Part shown: piece after piece, positions 53,558 to 64,000 of the stretch
Layout: each line of letters begins with the position of its first letter
Position numbering within the stretch: the first letter of the stretch is position 1
Assembly: GCA_963827235.1 (NCBI GenBank)
Contig: CAWHAE010000008.1
Span: 1-64,000, forward strand
Source: an uncultured bacterium
Lineage (GTDB): Bacteria > Chloroflexota > UBA5177 > JANWHV01
Length of the DNA: 64,000 nucleotides
Reading direction: 5' to 3'
Notes under the pieces: model-generated
Databases searched by the model: none
What the model was told of the DNA's origin: nothing
The model's input: only the letters and a program-made list of their open reading frames with translations
Made by a program: the position numbers and the translations under genes

Positions 53558-55552
53558 ATGTCGCTAGTGCCCAAAACTCGGCTTCGACACGTCAATCGGT
53601 GGACGCTCGTGGTTGCTCTGTGCATCGCAGCGTTGAGCCTGGTAGGCATAACGGCGCGAGCCCAGAGCTTCGCCGCCCCGGCGAGTGCGGACCGGCAGAG
53701 TGCCGCGCCGGCCGGCCCCTGGAGCGATCTGCTCGCCCGGGCCCACACCGCCGGCCACGTGCGCATCATCGTCACGCTGAGACTGCCATCTTCGCGTACG
53801 ACTGTCACCGCCGAGGTTCGCAAGCCCCAGACATTGCCGGTGTCCGTCGGCACGGCTCGCACCAGTCTGATCGCGAGCCTGCACGGGACCTATGCAAGGG
53901 TGACTGCTGGGCAGACCTGGAGCTTCCCGCTCGTGGCGCTGGACGTGGGCACGACCGCGCTCGGTCGCCTGCGTGCCTCCCCCCTGGTGGCAGCAGTGGA
54001 AGCCGACGGATCGCTCCAGCCCGCCGATACCGGCAGCAATACCGCGATCGGCGCGCCGCAAGCCTGGGGCGCCGGGTACATGGGCGCCAATCAGACGATT
54101 GCCGTGCTGGACACGGGACTGCAGGAGAATCCCTCGATCCTTGGTTCGCGTCTCGTGGGGGAGGCATGCTTCTCGGGTGGGGGCCTGCCGTCCCAGAGCC
54201 TCTGTCCGAACGGGCAGGTTACCGACACGGGCGCCGGCTCGGCGGTTGCCTGTACGCTCATCCTGTCGTGCGCTCACGGGACCGGCATGATCGACATTGC
54301 AGCCGGCGATAGCACATCGTCGGGCGGCGCGAGCTTCCAGGGCGTCGCACCACAGGCTCAGGTCCTGGCCGTGCAGGTGTATTCGGTCAGCGGCACCTCG
54401 GAGATCCAGGCCTACGAATCCGACGTGATCAGCGGGCTCAATTGGGTCAGCCAGCAGGGCACGCAGCACAGCATCGCGGCCGTGAACCTGAGCTTTGCCT
54501 CCGTGGGCAGAAGCTTTTCCACCGCCTGCGACGCGCAGGACCCGGCCATGACGGCTGCTATTGCCGCGCTCCGTAGCGAGAACATCGCAACCGTTGTCGC
54601 CTCGGGGAACGAAGGGTCGACGAGCGGTATTGCATTCCCAGCCTGCGTCTCCTCGGCCATCAACGTGGGCGCCGTCGACGACGCCGGCCAGGTAGCCTCG
54701 ATCAGCAATCGTGGTCCCGACTCCATGTTCTGGGCGCCCGGCGTCGACATCGCTGCGGTCGCCTCCGGCAGCGGCTATCTCACCTTCACCGGGACCTCGG
54801 ATTCGGCGGCCATGGTCAGCGGCGCCATAGCCGTGTTGCGTTCCGCCAGGCCCGGCCTGACCGTCGACCAGATCGTGGCAGCGCTGCAGTCGACCGGTAC
54901 TCGCATATCCGACACGGCGAGTGGTACTACGTTGCCCCTGATCCAGCTCGCCGCCGCGATCAGTGCGGTGGGTGGGTCGGCGGCGCTGCTCTCGCCGACC
55001 TCGACGGATACCGTCACCAACACTCCGCTGCCGACCTCCATGCCCACGCAGTCGAGCACCAGCACCAGTACCGCGACGTCCACGGCCACAGGGACCGCGA
55101 CGGGGACTAGCACGCCGACCGATACGGACACCGCGACTGCCACGGAGACCGCCTCGCCGTCGTCGACGGCAACCCGCACGCCGGAGCCAACTAGCACCCA
55201 ACCACCGCGTCTTCAGGTGAGCGCTTCGCCCGTCCGCATTACCGGCAATGGATACACCACGGTGTCGCTGCAGACCGTGCGCGGCGCCAGCGTGAGCGCC
55301 ACTTTCCGCCTCACCGAGCAGAAGCTCGCGCTGGTCGATCAGCGCGGCCAGGGCGTGTGGGTCACGCGGAACGTAACGCTATTCCAAACCTCCGTCACCG
55401 GCTTGGCCGACCGGTTGGGGCGCTTTCAGGGTCGTCTGCACGTCCTGTTCGTCCCTCGGAAGCCGATGGCAGCCACGATTCTGATCGAGGTTCGCTCGGG
55501 TCGCAGCGCGGCCAGCGCCACGGTAAAGGTCACCGTCAATCCAAAGCAGTAG
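53558..55552 (+). CDS. Secreted S8 (subtilisin) peptidase with Thr-rich linker
   Basis: VLDTG, HGT, SGN, GTS catalytic motifs. Signal peptide. Confidence 0.92.
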   Translation: MSLVPKTRLRHVNRWTLVVALCIAALSLVGITARAQSFAAPASADRQSAAPAGPWSDLLARAHTAGHVRIIVTLRLPSSRTTVTAEVRKPQTLPVSVGTARTSLIASLHGTYARVTAGQTWSFPLVALDVGTTALGRLRASPLVAAVEADGSLQPADTGSNTAIGAPQAWGAGYMGANQTIAVLDTGLQENPSILGSRLVGEACFSGGGLPSQSLCPNGQVTDTGAGSAVACTLILSCAHGTGMIDIAAGDSTSSGGASFQGVAPQAQVLAVQVYSVSGTSEIQAYESDVISGLNWVSQQGTQHSIAAVNLSFASVGRSFSTACDAQDPAMTAAIAALRSENIATVVASGNEGSTSGIAFPACVSSAINVGAVDDAGQVASISNRGPDSMFWAPGVDIAAVASGSGYLTFTGTSDSAAMVSGAIAVLRSARPGLTVDQIVAALQSTGTRISDTASGTTLPLIQLAAAISAVGGSAALLSPTSTDTVTNTPLPTSMPTQSSTSTSTATSTATGTATGTSTPTDTDTATATETASPSSTATRTPEPTSTQPPRLQVSASPVRITGNGYTTVSLQTVRGASVSATFRLTEQKLALVDQRGQGVWVTRNVTLFQTSVTGLADRLGRFQGRLHVLFVPRKPMAATILIEVRSGRSAASATVKVTVNPKQ

Positions 55553-55768
55553 GCTGCGCGCAGGACCATGGCGGACGCTGTGGCCACCTGCGCTCCAGGC
55601 GTTCGACGGCAGGCCGGTTACCCGGATGCTACCTGCCTGGAGTCGCAGTATCGAACCTACCATCCGCGACCCGCTGCGGCGGGTTCCCGGCTTGCTCGTA
55701 CCCTGCCATTCTCGCCGCGTGTGGACGCTCGGCGAGCGCACCGTGCCGCCCATTGAGACGAGACGAAT

Positions 55769-56449
55769 CTAGAGGGCGTAGCCATAGTTCCCGCGCGGCC
55801 CGAGCCAGGCATCGGTGGCGTATCCTCGCTGCTCCCAATAGCCCGTCTGCAGCTCTTTGCTCAGGCTAATGCGGTTGATCCACTTGATGTACTTGAATCC
55901 GTACATGTCGGGTATGACCAGGCGCAGCGGATAACCCTGTTCGGCAGAGAGTGGAGCGCCGTTGAGCCTGTAGCCGAGCAAGACGTCGGGCAAGCGGGCC
56001 TGGGACATACTGAGACTCTCCGTGTAGCTGCCATCAGCCGAGGCAAGCAGCACGTACTTGGCGTCCGGGGTGGGCTGCACCTGGTCCAGAAAGTCGCTGA
56101 GCTTGATCCCTTCCCAGCGACACTGGGGAACCTCCCACCCCGTGACACAGTGAAAATCCTTGATCATGCTCGTGCTCGGCATAGCCAGAAGATCCGCCAC
56201 CTTGTAGGTTGCGGGGTTCCTGACCAGTCCATCGACCGTCAGACTGTAGGTCTTCTCGGTGAGCTGCGGGATTCCACTGGTGGTGTAGATCTGGAAGCCG
56301 TTCACAGAGAACGCTGAGGCCAGAAGATTGAAGCCTGGCAGATGCTTGGTCCCGATCGCTAGCCCGGCTACACCGGCGGCGAGCGCGGCAAGGAATACGT
56401 TGCGACCGATGTGCATCGGTCGCGGTCTTTCTTCGGTACGGTGGTCCAT
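55769..56449 (-). CDS. Molybdopterin-dependent oxidoreductase, copy 2
   Basis: Close paralog of 35824..36528. RNVFL in place of RRVFL. Confidence 0.9.
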   Translation of the reverse strand: MDHRTEERPRPMHIGRNVFLAALAAGVAGLAIGTKHLPGFNLLASAFSVNGFQIYTTSGIPQLTEKTYSLTVDGLVRNPATYKVADLLAMPSTSMIKDFHCVTGWEVPQCRWEGIKLSDFLDQVQPTPDAKYVLLASADGSYTESLSMSQARLPDVLLGYRLNGAPLSAEQGYPLRLVIPDMYGFKYIKWINRISLSKELQTGYWEQRGYATDAWLGPRGNYGYAL

Positions 56450-56788
56450 GAGCGCTGCTCCACTGTTTGACCGGGTAGCTCGCGCTCCCGAAACGGAGGC
56501 CGCGCGGGCTCGTTGTTGTCTACTTCTACTTCCGACTACGGGCTCGAACGCGTAGCGGATGCATGCCGCGCCCGGCGGCAGCCCGGAAGGTGGGAGCCGT
56601 GGGCGTGCTTCTGGAAGTGCGGCGGACTCAGCGATCGGTGTCTTGGGGCTGCAAGGGCACGCTCGTCCCCGCATAGAGGTCGCCGAGAGCCAGGCGAATG
56701 CCATGGCGCTTTGTGCCGCCCGTGATCATATTGTACTCGTCGCGGGCCGGCGATTGGCTGCAGCGCGGCCCGTGGCCTGACCCGGGGG

Positions 56789-56818
56789 TTGACCGTCGCG
56801 GCCTATCGATGGTACGCT
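56789..56818 (+). promoter_or_regulatory. sigma70-type promoter of the ilv-leu operon
   Basis: TTGACC-18 nt-TACGCT, extended -10. Confidence 0.55.
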
Positions 56819-56877
56819 AATCACCAATCGGGCGCGCTGCACGAATGCTATCGCGCACCTGGGAATTCCCCCTCGAT

Positions 56878-57148
56878 TGCGAAGAGTACTAGGTCCCGGG
56901 CAAGGTCTAGAGAGAGCCGGCGGCGCTGGAAGCCGGTGACACCCCGATCCGAACTCGCTTCGCGTTCTGCACTCGCCGTAGCTAGCCGGTATGTGCGGGT
57001 AACAGGGTGGCGGTGGCACGCCGTTATCGTGTAGAGTGGGCCGGTGCCTCGCCGAAGAGGTCCGGTCAACGTGGGGTGGTACCGCGGGCGCCTGTACGGC
57101 AGGTGTGTTCGTCCCCCTTGTCCCAATGAGGACAAGGGGCTTTTTTTT
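56878..57148 (+). promoter_or_regulatory. T-box riboswitch, Leu (CUC) specifier
   Basis: AGTA, AGAGAG, GCTGGAA, specifier GAA-CTC (56954-56956), T-box GGTGGTACCGCG (57075-57086), antiterminator CGTCCC. Confidence 0.93.
57114..57148 (+). terminator. T-box intrinsic terminator
   Basis: CCCCTTGTCC/GGACAAGGGG stem followed by T8. Confidence 0.93.
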
Positions 57149-57189
57149 ACCCACTGGGTGAACGTCTGCGACAAGGCCGAGGAGGCGCT

Positions 57190-58890
57190 ATGAAGCTAAG
57201 CGGTGCACGCATTCTCTGTGAATGCTTGATGCGAGAGGGAGTGGACACCATCTTCGGCTATCCGGGTGGTGTGGTTATTCCCCTGTATGACGTATTTCCC
57301 GATTATCCGGGTATCCGGCACATCCTCGTCCGCCACGAACAGGCCGCCGGCCACGCGGCAGAGGGCTACGCCAGGGCGACCGGGAGAGTGGGCGTCTGCC
57401 TGGCCACGTCGGGCCCCGGAGCCACGAACCTGGTCACGGCCATAGCAGACGCCCACATGGACTCGGTGCCGATCGTGGCCATCACCGGCCAGGTGCCCAC
57501 TAGCGGCATCGGCAGGGATTTCTTTCAGGAGATCGACATCACCGGCATTACTCTGCCGATCACCAAGCACAACTATCTCGTGTGGGACGTCGCCGACCTG
57601 GCCAAAGTGATCAAAGAGGCGTTCCACATTGCTGCCACGGGCAGACCGGGACCGGTCCTGATCGACATCCCCAAGGACGTGCTGGTGTCGGAGACGATGT
57701 TCAAGTATCCCGAGACCATCGACCTACCAGGCTACAAGCCTACCCTGGCCGGCAACGGGCGCCAGATCCGCCAGGCGATCAGCGTGATCAAAGAGTCCAA
57801 GCGACCTCTCATCCTTGCCGGGCACGGCGTGGTTGTGTCGCAAGCCACCGAGGAGCTCAGGCAGTTCGCCCGCAGGGCCCAGATCCCGGTCATGGTGACG
57901 CTGCATGGCATCGGCGGTTACCCGTGCTCGGACCCATTGTACTTTGGCATGGTGGGAATGCACGGCCACGCGCACACCAACCTCGCTATTCAGGAGTCGG
58001 ACCTGCTGATCGGGGTCGGCATGCGGTTCGACGATCGGGTGACAGGCAAGATCTCGACCTTCGCACCGCACGCCAAGATCGTGCACATCGACATCGATCC
58101 CGCGGAGATCTCCAAGAACATCAAATGCACCGTTCCCATCGTGGGCGACGTCAAGACGGTGCTCAGCGCGATCAACGCCGAGATGCCTGAGATGGATTGT
58201 CGCGCCTGGCTCGACCAGATCGAGGGCTGGCGCAGCGATCGGCGCGAGCCGCACGCGGCGATGGACGATTCGTCGCCCATTCCGCCGACCATGCCGATCA
58301 GGGAGATCTACCGGCGTACACGCGAGCCCGCGGTCATCGTCGCGGACGTTGGCCAGCACCAGATGTGGGCCGCCCAGGAGTATGCGTACGAGGGCACGGC
58401 CTCGTTTATCAGTTCCGGCGGACTCGGCACCATGGGGTTCTGCATGCCCGCGGCCATGGGCGCCAAGGTCGGCCGGCCGGATGCCTCCGTATGGGCGATC
58501 GCCGGCGACGGCGGCTTCCAGATGACCATTCAGGAGCTCGCCACGATCGCCGAGCACAGGATTCCGATCAAGATCGCGATCATTAATAACGGCTTTCTCG
58601 GCATGGTGCGGCAGTGGCAAGATCTCTTCTACGAGAAGAACTACGTGGCGGTCAAGCTCTACCAGCCGGACTTCGTCAAGATCTGCGAAGCATATGGTAT
58701 CCCCGCGCGGCAGGTCGAGCATCCGCGTGACGTCGGCTCGGCCGTCGACTGGGCACTCGCCATGCAGGGCCCAGTGCTGGTCGATTTCAAGGTGGCGCCG
58801 GAAGAGAATGTCTTCCCCATGATTCCGCCCGGTCTCGGCCTGGGCGACATGGTGGAGGGCAGCCAGCCTAGGACGTTGCAACTGACATGA
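57190..58890 (+). CDS. ilvB: Acetolactate synthase large subunit
   Basis: FGYPGG, RHEQ, TSGPGATN, RFDDRVTG, GDGGFQM, LGMVRQWQ. Confidence 0.97.
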   Translation: MKLSGARILCECLMREGVDTIFGYPGGVVIPLYDVFPDYPGIRHILVRHEQAAGHAAEGYARATGRVGVCLATSGPGATNLVTAIADAHMDSVPIVAITGQVPTSGIGRDFFQEIDITGITLPITKHNYLVWDVADLAKVIKEAFHIAATGRPGPVLIDIPKDVLVSETMFKYPETIDLPGYKPTLAGNGRQIRQAISVIKESKRPLILAGHGVVVSQATEELRQFARRAQIPVMVTLHGIGGYPCSDPLYFGMVGMHGHAHTNLAIQESDLLIGVGMRFDDRVTGKISTFAPHAKIVHIDIDPAEISKNIKCTVPIVGDVKTVLSAINAEMPEMDCRAWLDQIEGWRSDRREPHAAMDDSSPIPPTMPIREIYRRTREPAVIVADVGQHQMWAAQEYAYEGTASFISSGGLGTMGFCMPAAMGAKVGRPDASVWAIAGDGGFQMTIQELATIAEHRIPIKIAIINNGFLGMVRQWQDLFYEKNYVAVKLYQPDFVKICEAYGIPARQVEHPRDVGSAVDWALAMQGPVLVDFKVAPEENVFPMIPPGLGLGDMVEGSQPRTLQLT

Positions 58891-59397
58891 TTGAGTACTC
58901 ATCGAGGCCTATCTCCGCGCATACGCTGGTCGTGTTGATGCAGGATCACCCCGGCGTGCTCAACCGCGTGTCCAGCCTGCTGCGACAGCGCGGATTCAAC
59001 ATCGAGAGCCTAACGGTGTCGCATTCCGACATTCCCGGTATCTCGCGCATGACGTTGGTCGTCGATGCCAGCACGACCAACGTCGAGCAGGTCAGCAAAC
59101 AGCTCTACAAGCTAATCGAGGTCACCAAGGTCACCGAAGTGACACACGAACCCCACGTGTCGCGCGAGCTGGCACTTATCAAAGTGGCGACATCCAACAA
59201 CAAGCGCTCCGAGGTGCTACAGCTATTCGAGGTATACGGTGCCAACGTGGTCGACGTGGCGGTCGACTCGGCAACCGCCGAGATCGCGAGCACACGGGAC
59301 AGGATCGATTCCTTGATTAGCTGTGATGCGCTCGTTCGGCATCAAGGAGGTCGTGCGTACGGGCATCATCGCCATGGTGCGCGGCACCGCCAACTGA
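58887..59397 (+). CDS. ilvN: Acetolactate synthase small subunit (frameshift near 59325)
   Basis: PGVLNRV...RGFNIESL. The shifted frame gives FGIKEVVRTG..AM.RG*. Confidence 0.93.
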
Positions 59398-59472
59398 CGG
59401 CACGTGCGCGCTGCATTGAAGACGGCCCTCCCAGAGACGCTGGGGGCCGGTGAGACCATTCGGAGGGAATGA

Positions 59473-60468
<996 letters not shown>

Positions 60469-60505
60469 GCTGGGTTGGCCAACGCACAATGCCGAGGAGG
60501 ACAGC

Positions 60506-62089
60506 ATGGATCGTGTATTGATCTTCGACACAACCTTGCGTGACGGCGAGCAGGCGCCCGGCGCAACACTCAATGCCGGGCAGAAACTGGAGATCGCTCG
60601 CCAGCTCGCTCGCCTGGGCGTGGACATCATTGAGGCGGGCTTCCCAATCAGCTCTCCGGATGAGTCGGATGCGGTGAAAGCGATTGCCGAGCAGGTTAGG
60701 GAGCCGATTATCTGCGCCCTGGCACGGGCGAAACCTGACGACGTCGACGCGGCGTGGAATGCGATCAAGGGGGCCACGGCATCCGCGCATTCACGTGTTC
60801 ATGTCTACGTCCGACGTGCATCTCGATCACCAGTATAAGAAGTCTCGCGCCGAGGCCCTCGATATCTCGCGGCAGATGGTATTGCGCGCCAAGAGCTACA
60901 CGGACGATATCGAGTTCTCGCCCATGGACGCCACGCGCACCGAGCCCGGCTACCTCTACGAGGTGCTGACCGGCCGTGGTCGAGGCCGGAGCGACCACGC
61001 TCAACATTCCCGATACGGTAGGATACTCCACACCGGTCGAGTACGGCGACATGATCCGCGGCATCGTCGAACACGTGCCGGGGATCCAGAAGTGCGTGCT
61101 CAGCACCCACTGCCACGACGATCTCGGCATGGCGGTGGCGAACTCGCTCACCGGCGTCGTCAATGGAGCTCGTCAGGTGGAGTGCACCATCAACGGCATC
61201 GGCGAGCGTGCAGGCAATGCCGCGCTGGAAGAGGTCGTCATGGCCCTTGCGCACGCGCAAGGACAGCTACGGGCTCGACACGGCGATCGACACCACCCAG
61301 CTGCACAAGACAAGCCGGCTGGTCAGTGCAAGGACCGGCATGGTTGTGCAGGCGAACAAGGCAATTGTCGGTTCCAACGCCTTCGCTCACGAATCCGGCA
61401 TCCACCAGGACGGTATCCTCAAGGAGCGCCGCACGTACGAGATCATGGATGCCAAGTCCATCGGTCTCTCGGAGAGCAGCCTCGTGCTCGGCAAGCATTC
61501 CGGACGGCACGCGCTCAAGTCCAGGTTGGCGGCTTTGGGCTACGAGCTCTCTGCTGAAGACGTAGGCCGGGTGTTCCTTCGCTTCAAGGACCTGGCGGAC
61601 AAGAAGAAGAACATCGGCGATGCCGACCTCGAGGCGCTGGTCATGGACATGGTGCAGCCGGCCGGCGAGCGCTACCGGCTCAAGTCCGTGCAGGTCGTCT
61701 GCGGCGAGCCCGGTATTCCCACCGCGGCCGTGCGCATCGAAGACTCCGACGGCGAGCTTCACGAGGCGTCGGCGATCGGCAGTGGGCCGGTCGACGCCGT
61801 CTACAAAGCCATCGATCAGATCGTCGGCAACGGCCACACGCTGCAGGAGTTCGTCGTCCAGGCGATTACCGAAGGCATCGACGCCGTCGGCGAGGTCAGC
61901 GTCCGCGTAACCCGAGACGTGGCGAGCGCCGACTCACCGCGGCGCGTGTTTACCGGTCATGGCGTAAACCTGGACATCATCGTGGCGGCAGCGAAGGCCT
62001 ACGTCAACGCCCTCAACAAACTGACGCAAACTCCGGAGGGAGCGGGCATCGTGCAGGATGACTGGCGCACGCCGCTCTTCCAACAGTAA
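60506..62089 (+). CDS. leuA: 2-isopropylmalate synthase (three apparent frameshifts)
   Basis: [10 protein letters not shown] / HCHDDLG / [10 protein letters not shown] / HESGIHQDG across four ORF pieces. Confidence 0.93.
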
Positions 62090-62106
62090 GTCGAGAAGGA
62101 GCCGAG

Positions 62107-63231
62107 GTGACTGTCGAGACGCAGACTGGACCACACGCACGGCGCGCCACGACGAAAGGCTTCGCAATTGTCACCCTGCCCGGCGACGGCATCGGGCCGG
62201 AGGTCGTGGCCGAGGCGCTGAAGGTGCTGCGAGCGCTTCAAGACAAGGGAAGCCTCGTCTTCCAGGCCCGAGAAGCACCCTTCGGCGGCTGCGCGATCGA
62301 CGCCACCGGCGTACCGCTGCCCGAGGAAACGCTGCGTCTGGCCATGGCGGCCGACGCGGTGTTGCTCGGCGCGGTAGGCGGGCCCAAGTGGGACGATCCG
62401 CGAGCAACCGTGCGTCCTGAGCAGGGGCTGCTCGGCTTGCGGAAGCATCTCGGCGTGTTCGCCAACCTGCGGCCGGTTAGGGCGTGGCCGGCTCTGCTCG
62501 ATGCCTCTCCGCTCAAGCGCGAGATCGTGCAGGGCACGGACATGCTCGTCGTCCGCGAGCTTACCGGAGGTCTGTACTTCGGCAGGCCTCGCGGCCGCAA
62601 GATAGGCGCCAGGCACACTCGTGTGGTCGATAGCCTCGTGTACACGAGCCCGGAGATCTTGCGCATCCTGCACGTGGCGTTCAAGCTCGCCCGTGGCAGG
62701 CGCGGGCTGCTGACCTCCGTGGACAAGGCTAACGTCCTGGCCAGCTCCGGGCTCTGGCGAGAGCTGGCCATCTCGGTGGGCCGCGAGTACCCTGACGTCA
62801 CGCTCGAGCACGCCCTGGTCGATTCTACGGCCATGCAAATCGTCAAGACGCCGCGCCGCTTCGACGTGCTGGTCATGGAGAACATGTTCGGCGACATCCT
62901 GAGCGACGAGGCCAGCGTGCTGGCTGGATCGCTCGGCATGTTGCCTTCCGCCAGCCTCGGCGCCGGGGCACGAGGGCTCTACGAACCCATTCATGGCTCG
63001 GCCCCGGATATTGCAGGGCAGTCGGTGGCCAATCCGTTAGGCACAATTCTGTCGGTGGCCATGATGCTGCGCCACTCATTCGCCCTGGAGGAATCAGCGC
63101 GTGCGGTTGAACGTGCGGTCGAGCAGACGCTCGACGCCGGCTTCCGCACGCGCGACATCGCCGCGCCCGGACAACCATTCGTGCACACCGATGAGATGGG
63201 CGATGAAGTGGTGAGGCGATTGGCGACATGA
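62107..63231 (+). CDS. leuB: 3-isopropylmalate dehydrogenase
   Basis: [38 protein letters not shown]. Confidence 0.97.
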   Translation: MTVETQTGPHARRATTKGFAIVTLPGDGIGPEVVAEALKVLRALQDKGSLVFQAREAPFGGCAIDATGVPLPEETLRLAMAADAVLLGAVGGPKWDDPRATVRPEQGLLGLRKHLGVFANLRPVRAWPALLDASPLKREIVQGTDMLVVRELTGGLYFGRPRGRKIGARHTRVVDSLVYTSPEILRILHVAFKLARGRRGLLTSVDKANVLASSGLWRELAISVGREYPDVTLEHALVDSTAMQIVKTPRRFDVLVMENMFGDILSDEASVLAGSLGMLPSASLGAGARGLYEPIHGSAPDIAGQSVANPLGTILSVAMMLRHSFALEESARAVERAVEQTLDAGFRTRDIAAPGQPFVHTDEMGDEVVRRLAT

Positions 63232-64000
63232 GCGAGTTTCTGGAAATCTACGACACTACCCTCCGAGACGGCAGCCAGGGTGAGGGCATCAGCCTCAGTC
63301 TGAGCGACAAGCTGCATATCGCCGAGCGGCTGGACATGCTCGGCGTGGACTACGTCGAAGGCGGCTGGCCGGGCTCGAACCCGAAAGACGTGGCCTTTTT
63401 CCAGGCGGCTGCCGCCCGCACGTGGCGGCACGCGAGGATCTATGCTTTCGGCAGCACGCGCCGGCCGGGCATTTCCGCGCGGACCGACGCCAACATACAG
63501 GCATTGGTCGAGTGCCGGACCGCCGGCGTGACGATATTCGGCAAGACCTGGACGCATCACGTCACGGACGTTCTGCAGACGACGCTCGACGAGAATCTGT
63601 CCATGATAGCCGACTCCGTCGGCTATCTCCGTGGGCAAGGGCTGCGCGTGATCTACGACGCGGAGCACTTCTTCGATGGCTACAAGGTCGATCCCGCCTA
63701 TGCGCTGGCCACGCTGCGCGCGGCGGCCTCGGCGGGTGCCGGCGCGCTGGTCCTCTGCGACACGAATGGTGGCTGCCTGCCTGAGATTCTCGTGCAGGCG
63801 GTGCGCAGCGTACGGGACACCTTCCCGGAATCCCGGATCGGTATCCACACGCACAACGACGCCGAATTGGCCGTGGCGAATACTCTTGCAGCCGTCCAGG
63901 CCGGAGCATCCCACGTGCAAGGCACGTTCAATGGCTATGGCGAGCGATGCGGCAACGCGAACCTCTGCTCGATCATTCCCAATCTGGAGCTGAAATACGG
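63228..64000 (+). CDS. cimA: Citramalate synthase (runs off the window)
   Basis: My translation: [20 protein letters not shown]...[11 protein letters not shown]...YDAEHFFDG...LCDTNGG...[10 protein letters not shown]. Confidence 0.92.
   Translation, partial: MSEFLEIYDTTLRDGSQGEGISLSLSDKLHIAERLDMLGVDYVEGGWPGSNPKDVAFFQAAAARTWRHARIYAFGSTRRPGISARTDANIQALVECRTAGVTIFGKTWTHHVTDVLQTTLDENLSMIADSVGYLRGQGLRVIYDAEHFFDGYKVDPAYALATLRAAASAGAGALVLCDTNGGCLPEILVQAVRSVRDTFPESRIGIHTHNDAELAVANTLAAVQAGASHVQGTFNGYGERCGNANLCSIIPNLELKY

Overview
High-GC bacterial window, probably Chloroflexota (inferred from gene content, Pro/Thr linkers and the T-box). Single-base indels occur even in housekeeping genes (leuA, ilvN), so many frameshifts may be assembly errors. 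(1) The usually contiguous rpsF-ssb-rpsR operon is split by about 43 kb. rpsF-ssb lie at 45.6-46.6 kb and rpsR at 1.5-1.8 kb. Each half has its own sigma70-type promoter and its own S6:S18-type leader RNA. The orphan leader opens an 84-codon ORF whose stop overlaps the rpsR start (ATGA). (2) Between the halves is a 27-kb minus-strand Rhs/YD polymorphic-toxin array. It has one large 5'-truncated gene with a Pro/Thr stalk inserted in the Rhs core, followed by eight partial cassettes with different C-terminal cargoes: papain-like on the main gene, then two ADP-ribosyltransferase-like, pore-like, two restriction-nuclease-like with ExE in place of ExK, one unknown, and two decayed. Candidate immunity genes are Imm5-like, ankyrin, two beta-propellers and small unknowns. 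(3) Accessory genes follow: a STAND regulator, a kinase-RDD fusion, an HD-GYP protein and duplicated molybdo-oxidoreductases. (4) Core genes are aspS, ispE, coaX, an AarF/UbiB kinase, an S8 protease and a Leu T-box-controlled ilvBNC-leuA-leuB-cimA operon.
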